Assembly: GCA_964652335.1 (NCBI GenBank)
Contig: CAZZDL010000006.1
Coordinates: 19,954 to 33,295 of the forward strand
Length of the DNA: 13,342 bases
Source of the DNA: Candidatus Micrarchaeota archaeon
GTDB lineage: Archaea; B1Sed10-29; WALL01; WAMD01
Direction of reading: 5' to 3'
Notes under the pieces: model-generated
The model's database searches: none
Told to the model about the DNA's origin: nothing
The model's input: only the letters and a program-made list of their open reading frames with translations
Program-made: the position numbers and the translations under genes
Part shown: positions 1 through 6,538 of the stretch, one piece after another
Layout: each line of letters begins with the position of its first letter
Numbering within the stretch: the stretch's first letter is position 1

Positions 1-17
1 GAATCCCTCCCGGCCCA
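1..17 (+). tRNA. Probable 3' end of a tRNA gene (partial; isotype not determinable)
   Basis: GAAT-CCCTC-CCGGCCC-A fits the end of a T-loop (TTCGAAT), a 5-nt T-stem 3' strand, a 7-nt GC-rich acceptor strand and discriminator A. No encoded CCA. The rest of the gene lies outside the window. Confidence 0.65.
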
Positions 18-26
18 TAAGAGGGG

Positions 27-87
27 TTGCACCCCCTCTACCCCTGCACACGGCACAAGGCCGAGTTTGCACCCCCTCTACCCCTGC
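27..87. repeat. Perfect 21-bp direct repeat TTGCACCCCCTCTACCCCTGC (27-47 and 67-87), 40-bp period
   Basis: Read directly. The alignment extends imperfectly to 32 bp (25-56 vs 65-96, 27/32 identical). The first copy overlaps an inverted repeat AGAGGGG(20-26)/CCCCTCT(33-39). Confidence 0.95.
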
Positions 88-95
88 GGACGAAA

Positions 96-110
96 CCCAC
101 CTTCGGTGGG
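96..110. other. GC-rich hairpin CCCACC-TTC-GGTGGG (minus strand CCCACC-GAA-GGTGGG)
   Basis: Perfect 6-bp inverted repeat with a 3-nt loop; function unknown. Confidence 0.8.
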
Positions 111-132
111 CTGGCGGCAATGAATTATTAAT

Positions 133-139
133 GAGGTGA
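133..139 (+). promoter_or_regulatory. Shine-Dalgarno site GAGGTGA for the ORF at 144
   Basis: Complementary to the archaeal 16S rRNA 3' end (AUCACCUC), 4 nt before ATG 144. Confidence 0.7.
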
Positions 140-143
140 GCCT

Positions 144-386
144 ATGGGTAAAGAAGTGGGAGTTTGTGGTATCCTGTGTAAGGAATGCATAATGTTCAAG
201 TCTGGAAAATGTCCAGGATGCCGACCAAATGAGTTTTGTCCTCTACCAAGTTGTGTAGCCAAACATAATGTGAATTTCTGCTTTGATTGTCCAGAATTCC
301 CTTGCAAGACCTTTGAAGAAAGGGGGCCGTTTGTCAAAGAGCTAGTTGAACATTGGAAAACAGCTAGCAAACTACTTCCACCTTAA
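144..386 (+). CDS. Small Cys-rich putative metal-binding protein, DUF3795-like
   Basis: 80 aa with CGxxCxxC...CxGC...CxxxxC...CxxCxEFPC pattern typical of DUF3795; strong SD upstream; 15-bp convergent overlap with ogt. Confidence 0.8.
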   Translation: MGKEVGVCGILCKECIMFKSGKCPGCRPNEFCPLPSCVAKHNVNFCFDCPEFPCKTFEERGPFVKELVEHWKTASKLLPP

Positions 387-932
387 GACCTTCTTCTTCT
401 CAATCTCCTCTGCGACTACTCTCTCAAACTCAATCATCTTCTTCTTATCTCTAGCATCCTTGCTTCCTGCAAATCCACCCAAGCCAGACTTGCCAACTAC
501 TCTATGGCATGGAATTATCGGCGAGAAAGGATTCCTCGCTAGAGCTTGCCCAACTGCCCTAGCACTAGTCCCTAACTCCTCTGCAATCTCGCCATAGGTT
601 CTAATTTCTCCCATGGGTATGGACAAAGTAGCTAGATAAACTCTCCTTTCAAAGTTGGTAACCGGTCTCCAATACAGAGCATCCACTAAGCTCAATCTAG
701 TCATCTCATCAACCAAAGCTCGCCTAAGCTTTTCAAAGTCAATTCTCGGATCAAAATCCTTCAAGGTTAAAACAGATCCCCTCTTTCTAAACATATCCAT
801 GGCAGATACAACTCTAGACCTCGCCACCTTCACTGACGAAAAAGAAAAGGCACTGGCAACAATCTGTAGATCCCTATTCACTGAGAGGCACAGGTTCGGC
901 TTTCCTTTGTCACATACAATTGTAATTTTCAT
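372..932 (-). CDS. ogt: Methylated-DNA--protein-cysteine methyltransferase (O6-alkylguanine alkyltransferase)
   Basis: C-terminal half has IPMGEIRTYGEIA, RAVGQALARNP and the active-site IIPCHRVV motif. The N-terminal ~90 aa are not recognisable. Confidence 0.92.
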   Translation of the reverse strand: MKITIVCDKGKPNLCLSVNRDLQIVASAFSFSSVKVARSRVVSAMDMFRKRGSVLTLKDFDPRIDFEKLRRALVDEMTRLSLVDALYWRPVTNFERRVYLATLSIPMGEIRTYGEIAEELGTSARAVGQALARNPFSPIIPCHRVVGKSGLGGFAGSKDARDKKKMIEFERVVAEEIEKKKVLRWK

Positions 933-942
933 TTTAAGCGCC

Positions 943-1512
943 TCAAATCACCACTTCTTTTCTTTTCTTCCAATCCCATATAATCCTTTCCTTTGGGAGA
1001 CCCAAATAGGCAGGGATTACCTCTAAACCAAGCTCCTTAAAAGCCAGGTATCTGGCATACCCATCCAACAAAAAGAAATTATAATAGACTACGATCACTG
1101 GATTAAATGCTCCTGACTTTAACCAACGCCTCTGGAAATCTACTCTTTCCTTATCCACAGCCTTCAGCCTTTTTTCGTCTAAGCTAACCTTGTCAATACC
1201 CAAGACTTCTAAACTCCAATCAAAGCTCCTATCAGGCACTCCCCTCATTGGCAGGACTCCTGCTAGCCTAGACTTAATGTTTCTAGCCTTTTCCATATCA
1301 AAAATAACAATGCCCTTGTAAAAAACCCGTTTAATTCTGTGAACCGGAATCTTACTATCACCAACATACAAAAAGCTGGATGAAACATCTTCTATGCCTT
1401 GAAGGCCAACTCTCTTGTTTCCTGCTAGCCTATCCTCATACTCTACAACCACTTCACTAGCTTTCATCCTCTTGTCCCATTTGGCCTTCAGGAGAAGATC
1501 CACTACTCTCAT
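943..1512 (-). CDS. Two-domain protein: N-terminal MJ1316/DUF504 domain fused to a C-terminal ParB/Sulfiredoxin-like domain
   Basis: aa 1-72 carry the MJ1316 pattern (L..AKWD, V.YEDR, IPVHRIKRV...G.VIF). aa ~101-171 carry the ParB/Srx pattern (G.FNPVIV...FFLLDGYARYLAFKELGLEVIPA). Single uninterrupted 189-aa ORF whose start overlaps scpB by 56 bp. Confidence 0.8.
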   Translation of the reverse strand: MRVVDLLLKAKWDKRMKASEVVVEYEDRLAGNKRVGLQGIEDVSSSFLYVGDSKIPVHRIKRVFYKGIVIFDMEKARNIKSRLAGVLPMRGVPDRSFDWSLEVLGIDKVSLDEKRLKAVDKERVDFQRRWLKSGAFNPVIVVYYNFFLLDGYARYLAFKELGLEVIPAYLGLPKERIIWDWKKRKEVVI

Positions 1513-2032
1513 AATCTATCAGCTTCTTCTGGCTTTCTATTCCCAGCCCTCTAGGAGTATCTAAAGGACCAAAATATTCATCAAACTTTCTTGTGGTCTC
1601 AAGGAGCCATGTGTTCCTGAACTTTCTAGACTTAACAAACCCTCTATCTATTAGCTCCTTTATATGCTCATATGCCTTATTCCCTCTGACCTTAACCACA
1701 AGGCTCTGTGTTATTGGCTGTTTGAATGCAATCACTGCCAAAGTCCTCAAAACAGCCTTACTCATCTCAATATCCACAGCAAGGTCTTTGACTGCAGGCA
1801 AATACTCATCCTTCACTTGCATCTTATACTTTCCGCCCTCAAGCCTAACTATCTCTATACCCTCATTCTTATTGTTAAACTCCTGCATAAGAGTCTCTAA
1901 AAGCTTGACTGCAACAGGGACTTCCAAGCCAACCAGTTTAGCAATCCTATCTATCCCAATTGCATTAGGGCTCATAAACAATGCTGCCTCAATAAGACCT
2001 TTCTTTTTATCCAGTTCATCATTCATGGCCAT
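1457..2032 (-). CDS. scpB: SMC-Scp complex kite subunit ScpB
   Basis: IEAALF, GIEIV....GKYKMQ, LRTLAVIAFKQPITQ..V..VRG, L..RGFV, TTRKF.EYFG motifs. The start may be the ATG at 2026. Confidence 0.93.
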   Translation of the reverse strand: MAMNDELDKKKGLIEAALFMSPNAIGIDRIAKLVGLEVPVAVKLLETLMQEFNNKNEGIEIVRLEGGKYKMQVKDEYLPAVKDLAVDIEMSKAVLRTLAVIAFKQPITQSLVVKVRGNKAYEHIKELIDRGFVKSRKFRNTWLLETTRKFDEYFGPLDTPRGLGIESQKKLIDYESSGSSPEGQMGQEDES

Positions 2033-2756
2033 TCACTTTTATTATTATATCCTCAAAGAAGTCCTCTTGCCAAACAAAAACTCTCCCCTCATTGGCTAGG
2101 TGCAATACTGGAATTAACGTTTTAACCACATCCTCAGGCTTCTTACTTGGGAGTATTTCAGAGAACAAAACTAATCCATTTTCGTCTTTCCTTGAGTCTA
2201 GGTATGCCCACACACTATCCAAATGCTCCTTGATGTTCTCTTCATCAAAGAAACTTTCCCTCAAAACCTCCATCGGATTTATGTCTATTATCCTCTGGCG
2301 TTTGGATTTCTTCTTTATCTCCTTAGCCATTACATCTTCTATAGCTTTTATCAGGTCATCCAACGTAACCTTTCTCTTAGTTATCCTCCTAACAGATGGA
2401 AGTTCTGGGACCTCCATATTTATTCTTTCGTACCCTCTTCCCTCCTCAACCTCCTCTTCAATAGAAGAAGGGAAGAAAACCCAATTATCAGATTTGAACC
2501 TAAGTAAAATGGAACTAGCCAGTATGGCGTTTGCAGGAACACGAAGATTAATCCTCTTCATTGATTTTATCTTCTCAAAGAACTTACTTGCCAATAGGCT
2601 TATGTCTATGTCCCACGGATCAAGACCCTCAGACTTCACAGTATCTATTAGAAGGCTTTTCCATGTCGGCTTATCAACCATGGAAACTATCCTTTCGTAT
2701 ATATCCATTTCCTGTCCAGGATTCTCTCCATTATTAACTACATCGTCCATAGGCAT
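2019..2756 (-). CDS. scpA: SMC-Scp complex kleisin subunit ScpA
   Basis: LDPWDIDI, A.AILASSILLRFKS, RKVTLDDLI.A and C-terminal L.LANEG.V...QE.FFEDI.I motifs; overlaps the scpB start; AGGTA SD-like sequence upstream. Confidence 0.92.
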   Translation of the reverse strand: MPMDDVVNNGENPGQEMDIYERIVSMVDKPTWKSLLIDTVKSEGLDPWDIDISLLASKFFEKIKSMKRINLRVPANAILASSILLRFKSDNWVFFPSSIEEEVEEGRGYERINMEVPELPSVRRITKRKVTLDDLIKAIEDVMAKEIKKKSKRQRIIDINPMEVLRESFFDEENIKEHLDSVWAYLDSRKDENGLVLFSEILPSKKPEDVVKTLIPVLHLANEGRVFVWQEDFFEDIIIKVNGHE

Positions 2757-2847
2757 CTCTTACCTAAATCCCTTATTGGTTTAAATACCTCGTAACCGTT
2801 ATAAATAAATCATAAAAAGAATTTAAAGCTAGTGCAAGGTGTCTAAA
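2757..2847. promoter_or_regulatory. Divergent promoter region between scpA and the KaiC-like ATPase
   Basis: AT-rich intergenic region with TATA-like boxes (TTTAAATA 2780-2787, TTATAAAT 2799-2806, and TTTAAA 2822-2827 after an A-rich BRE-like run). Exact promoters not resolved. Confidence 0.5.
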
Positions 2848-3552
2848 ATGCAGAGGGTTCCAACAGGTATTCCCGGACTTGACCAACTAATAGAAGGGGG
2901 TCTATTGGAAGGAAGCTCTACCCTAGTAGCTGGTGGGGCTGGTTGTGGAAAGACAATATTTGCAATGCAATACATATACAAAGGAGCAGAACAATACAGA
3001 GACCCGGGTGTGTATATAACCATAGAAGAAGGTCCAAAGAATATTTGGTGGAACATGACATCTTTCAAATGGAACATTGCTAAATACCAAAAAGACAACC
3101 TGATAAAGATATATAGAATGAACCTAAAAGACCCAAAGACGTTCGTCCAGGACTTTGAAACAGAAATAGGAAGAATAAAGGATATGGTTAACGAGATAAA
3201 TGCAAAAAGGCTGGTAATTGACTCTACGACATCCTTTGCTATTTTCATGTCAACTCAGGCAGACATTAGGTATAACCTTTTCAAGCTTGTGGATGAAACA
3301 AAAAAGATGAACGTAACTACAGTTCTAACTTCAGAGACGACTGGAGAAAGAAATGCCTTCTCAAGATTTGGAGTTGAAGATTTCATAACAGATGGAGTAA
3401 TAGCTTTATACTTTAAACCTCCAATGAGAGCATTACTCGTCAAAAAGATGAGGGGAACAAGTCACGACCTAAAGCCACACCCCCTAACCATAGGGCCAAA
3501 TGGAATAGAGGTAAATCCAACAGAACAGATATTGTGGGATTCACTAAAGTAA
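2848..3552 (+). CDS. Single-domain KaiC-like / RecA-superfamily ATPase (aRadC-type)
   Basis: RVPTGIPGLD, Walker A GGAGCGKT, YITIEE, Walker B RLVIDS, and KMRGTSH. ATG 2848 chosen because AGGTG (2837-2841) precedes it; the ORF track starts at GTG 2839. Confidence 0.9.
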   Translation: MQRVPTGIPGLDQLIEGGLLEGSSTLVAGGAGCGKTIFAMQYIYKGAEQYRDPGVYITIEEGPKNIWWNMTSFKWNIAKYQKDNLIKIYRMNLKDPKTFVQDFETEIGRIKDMVNEINAKRLVIDSTTSFAIFMSTQADIRYNLFKLVDETKKMNVTTVLTSETTGERNAFSRFGVEDFITDGVIALYFKPPMRALLVKKMRGTSHDLKPHPLTIGPNGIEVNPTEQILWDSLK

Positions 3553-3557
3553 AGACA

Positions 3558-4565
3558 TCAAAACACTTTAAAATCAATAACTACTTGATAAACCCTTGGC
3601 TTATGTGGTCTCACTATTTTTTTATTCACTATCTCAACCCGTCTGCCTAGATCCTTTGCTGTCTTGTTTATCCGATTGATTGCATCTTCATAAAGATTAT
3701 CTTCAGGAGCAAATTGGTAAAAATGAATCATTCCGCCCGGTTTAACTGTCTTGAACGCTATATCTAAAAAGTCCTCTCCTCCTTTCGGGAGAGGCATGAC
3801 AACTCTATCGCATGGAGGCAACTCCTTGTAAACCTTCCTAACATCGCCTTGAATAGGAATGATTTCTCCTGCCAACTTATTCATCCTAACATTCTCCTCC
3901 ATCAACGAAAACGCATATGGATTTAGCTCCACAGCATAGACTTTAACTTTCTTCATTTTTGCAATTACTAGAGCGAACGGACCAACTCCCGCAAAAAACA
4001 CTGCTACTGTCTCACCATCTTTTACCTGCTTAGCAATCCTTAATCTCTCAGTGGAAAGCCTTGGGGAAAAATAAGCCTTCAGAACATCTACCTTCATCCT
4101 AACTCCGTTCTCCTTATAGGTGGTGGTGAACCTGTCCTCTCCAGCTATCACCCTCAAAGGGGCTAGCCTAAATATCCCCTTTCTAGCTCCCAGTTTTTGG
4201 CAAACCACATGAACATTTGGGTGAACTTTCATCAAAGCTTTACCAATTTCCCTAGCTTTGTCCGCTAGCCTGTCTGGAATTTGTATTATAGCAATATCAC
4301 CAACAATGTCAAAGCTAGTAACCAGCTCATCAAGCTCTTCCGCCGTAAGCATGTGAGACAACGCCTCTTTTAGGCTCTTTGGCTTTGCTTGCTTTGGCTT
4401 CCCCTCCATCTCCACGCATTCAAAGCCATCGGGACATTCCTTCACAGGGAAAAAAACCTTGTCTCCCTTTTTCACAACCTCATATTTATTATCAATTAAA
4501 CCCAGCTCAGCTAGCTGCCTCCTAGTTTCTTCCGCATTCTTCTTATCCACAACTACGTATTTCAC
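3558..4565 (-). CDS. trm5: Trm5/Met-10+ family tRNA position-37 methyltransferase (aTrm5)
   Basis: SFDIVGDIAII, YFSPRLSTER, SAM-binding FAGVGPF, VELNP, DRVVMPLPK. GTG 4565 (MKYVVVDKKNAEETRRQL) preferred over TTG 4598 because it fits the family N-terminus. Confidence 0.88.
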   Translation of the reverse strand: MKYVVVDKKNAEETRRQLAELGLIDNKYEVVKKGDKVFFPVKECPDGFECVEMEGKPKQAKPKSLKEALSHMLTAEELDELVTSFDIVGDIAIIQIPDRLADKAREIGKALMKVHPNVHVVCQKLGARKGIFRLAPLRVIAGEDRFTTTYKENGVRMKVDVLKAYFSPRLSTERLRIAKQVKDGETVAVFFAGVGPFALVIAKMKKVKVYAVELNPYAFSLMEENVRMNKLAGEIIPIQGDVRKVYKELPPCDRVVMPLPKGGEDFLDIAFKTVKPGGMIHFYQFAPEDNLYEDAINRINKTAKDLGRRVEIVNKKIVRPHKPRVYQVVIDFKVF

Positions 4566-4616
4566 GCTAATTTTTTGGAAAGGAATTATTAAAAACAATT
4601 CTGCAATTAACTATTC

Positions 4617-5414
4617 ATGGACTTGATACATCAATATTTTATAGAGCCAATACTGGCGGATACTGGATATAATGCCGTCAATACAATAGTTTATGCCATT
4701 CTGTTCCTCGCCTCAATATATCTGGCAAAAAAGGTCATGGAAAAACTAAACATAAAGATAGACAAAGAATGGTTCTGGGCAACATTCTGGATAATCCCGA
4801 TTGGGGCATTGTTGAGAGTAATAGAAGATTGGATAAAGCTAAATTATGGGGCATTACCAACACACTTCCTGTTTGTTACTCCTGGAATATACATACTCCT
4901 CGCAGGAATAGTAGTGGGAATAGCTTACTTGGAAAAAGAGGATTATGCAAAAAGAATGAAAGCTGTTGGGAAGCATTTAACCATAGCACTAATCATCGTT
5001 TATATCCTCCTATTGTTGCTGTCTGGAGTACATAACATTGCAGTGGCTATAACAGCTGTTGTGTCAGCTGGTATGTGTGGGTTCGTGATATACAAAATAC
5101 TTGAAAAGCTTGGATACAGTGGGAAGGAAAACCTTGTCATGCTGCTTGGTCATTCTTTAGACGGATTTGTTTCTGCTCTGTCAATAATGATGACAAATTA
5201 TTCTGAGAAACATGTAGTCACTGGAATACTGATGAAAGCAACAAATCCTCTAGCTTATCCACTAGTTAAACTGGCCATAGCAAGCCTGGCAGTTATATTA
5301 GCTAAGGATCAGATAGAAGATGAAGAATGGAGAATGATTATATTGCTTTTCTTAACCATAATAGGACTTGGGCCAGGGACTAGAGATCTTCTTAGGATTA
5401 TCCTAGGTGTATGA
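4617..5414 (+). CDS. DUF63 family polytopic membrane protein
   Basis: FIEPI...GYNAVNT..YA, GALLRVIED, FVTPGIY, HSLDG, YSEKHV, GLGPGTRDLLR motifs plus multiple hydrophobic helices. Confidence 0.85.
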   Translation: MDLIHQYFIEPILADTGYNAVNTIVYAILFLASIYLAKKVMEKLNIKIDKEWFWATFWIIPIGALLRVIEDWIKLNYGALPTHFLFVTPGIYILLAGIVVGIAYLEKEDYAKRMKAVGKHLTIALIIVYILLLLLSGVHNIAVAITAVVSAGMCGFVIYKILEKLGYSGKENLVMLLGHSLDGFVSALSIMMTNYSEKHVVTGILMKATNPLAYPLVKLAIASLAVILAKDQIEDEEWRMIILLFLTIIGLGPGTRDLLRIILGV

Positions 5415-5415
5415 G

Positions 5416-6162
5416 ATGTTGTACATTGTAGGTATGGGGCTGTGGGATGAAAAGGACATAACCGTAAGAGGGCTAGAAGCTATAAAAGCATCAGAAAAGG
5501 TGTACCTAGAGACATACACAACATTACTTGGTGGGCTAAATATAGAAAGACTAGAAAAGGAGATAGGCAAGCCAGTAATTCCATTATCAAGGGAAGATGT
5601 GGAAGTAAAGGCAGAATTCATCAAAGAAGCAAAGCAGTCTAAAATAGCAATACTTGTCGGTGGGGATCCACTAGTGGCAACCACACATCACGACTTAGCA
5701 ATTAGAGCTAAGGAGCAGGGAGTAAGTTTTGAAATAATACACAACGCATCCATCGTCTCTGCCATATCTGAAACAGGTCTCCAGAGCTACAAATTTGGTA
5801 GAACTGTTACAGTCCCATTCCCTAGAGAAAACTTCAGGCCAAGGAGCTTTTATGATCATATAATAGAAAATTTGGATATGGGACTACACACATTGGTGTT
5901 ATTGGACATAGATGCGGAAAATAACAAATTTATGACGGTAAATGAAGGACTAAAGCTGATAAAGGAACTTGACAAACCCAATAGGATATCCAACGTCATA
6001 GGAATAGCCAGATTGGGAAGTAAAGACAAAAAGATTGTGTATGGTCCTTGGAATGCGGTTATAAATGAGGACTTCGGAAACCCTCCTCACTGTATTGTCG
6101 TCCCTGGAAAGTTACATGACGTTGAAAACCGTTATATATCACTGTTTTGGGGAAAGCTTTAA
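5416..6162 (+). CDS. dph5: Diphthine synthase
   Basis: MLYIVGMGL.DE.DIT..GLE, VYLETYT, GDPLVATTH, HNASI.SA..ETGLQSYKFGRTVT, GLHTLVLLDI, FG.PPH..VVPG.LH. ATG 5416 follows AGGTG; the ORF track starts at 5407. Confidence 0.95.
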   Translation: MLYIVGMGLWDEKDITVRGLEAIKASEKVYLETYTTLLGGLNIERLEKEIGKPVIPLSREDVEVKAEFIKEAKQSKIAILVGGDPLVATTHHDLAIRAKEQGVSFEIIHNASIVSAISETGLQSYKFGRTVTVPFPRENFRPRSFYDHIIENLDMGLHTLVLLDIDAENNKFMTVNEGLKLIKELDKPNRISNVIGIARLGSKDKKIVYGPWNAVINEDFGNPPHCIVVPGKLHDVENRYISLFWGKL

Positions 6163-6208
6163 ATACCTGAATTAAACTAATTTTCACGATAGTTATTCTC
6201 GAGGTGAT
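6151..6208 (+). promoter_or_regulatory. Putative BRE/TATA promoter and SD of the HU gene
   Basis: GGAAAGC-TTTAAATA (TATA-like 6158-6165, overlapping the dph5 stop) and GAGGTGAT (6201-6208) 5 nt before ATG 6214. Confidence 0.6.
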
Positions 6209-6213
6209 GGGTA

Positions 6214-6483
6214 ATGAACAAGGCAGAACTTGTCGACAAGATCGCAGCTGATTGTGGTGTAACAAAGAAGCTAGCTGAAGAGTTTATAGACTCTTTTGTG
6301 AAGGAAGTAAAGAGAGCCTTGAAGAAAGGCGACGAGGTTAGACTAGTCGGATTCGGAACCTTTAAGGTAGTCAAGAGAAAGGCAAGAAAGGGTGTAAACC
6401 CAAGAACAGGAGCAACAATAAAGATCCCAGCAAAGAAGGTTCCAAAGTTCGTTCCAGGAAAGGAATTGAAGAAGTCCGTCTAA
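6214..6483 (+). CDS. hup: Bacterial-type histone-like DNA-binding protein HU
   Basis: MNKAELV..IA, V.LVGFGTF, R.ARKGVNP.TG..I.IPA.KVPKF.PGK.LK: full HU signature; 89 aa, very basic. Confidence 0.96.
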   Translation: MNKAELVDKIAADCGVTKKLAEEFIDSFVKEVKRALKKGDEVRLVGFGTFKVVKRKARKGVNPRTGATIKIPAKKVPKFVPGKELKKSV

Positions 6484-6492
6484 AATCCCAAA

Positions 6493-6523
6493 CTTTTTTC
6501 TCTTTTTTCTCTTTTTGTTTTTC
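6493..6523 (+). terminator. Oligo-T (archaeal intrinsic-type) terminator after HU
   Basis: CTTTTTTCTCTTTTTTCTCTTTTTGTTTTTC about 10 nt after the stop; four T runs. Confidence 0.7.
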
Positions 6524-6538
6524 AAACCTGGTGGTTAA

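Noticed and set aside
25..96. Mini CRISPR array (second copy reads GTTT...GAAAC over 32 bp)
   Set aside because: Only two copies. A 40-bp period leaves a 19-bp spacer for the 21-bp core or 8 bp for the 32-bp version. No leader or cas genes in the window.
84..113. Hammerhead ribozyme (GGACGAAAC followed by a stem-loop)
   Set aside because: No CUGANGA core with stem II upstream, and the base after the stem is C rather than the required U of the NUH site.
1..400. Integrated element or provirus at the tRNA
   Set aside because: No integrase, transposase or viral genes in the window, no second copy of the tRNA 3' end noticed, and housekeeping genes resume within 400 bp.
1258..1432. 13-bp direct repeat TCCTGCTAGCCTA (1258-1270 and 1420-1432) in the fusion gene
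   Set aside because: In frame, both encoding RLAG with common codons, and not at the domain boundary. Chance is sufficient.
943..1512. Canonical ParABS partition system
   Set aside because: No HTH or dimerisation domain, no ParA-type deviant Walker A ATPase, and no parS-like palindrome noticed in the window.
2848..3552. Circadian clock KaiC or recombinase RadA
   Set aside because: Single ATPase domain, no Ser-Thr phosphosite pair (reads VEDFITD), no kaiB nearby, and no RadA N-terminal domain.
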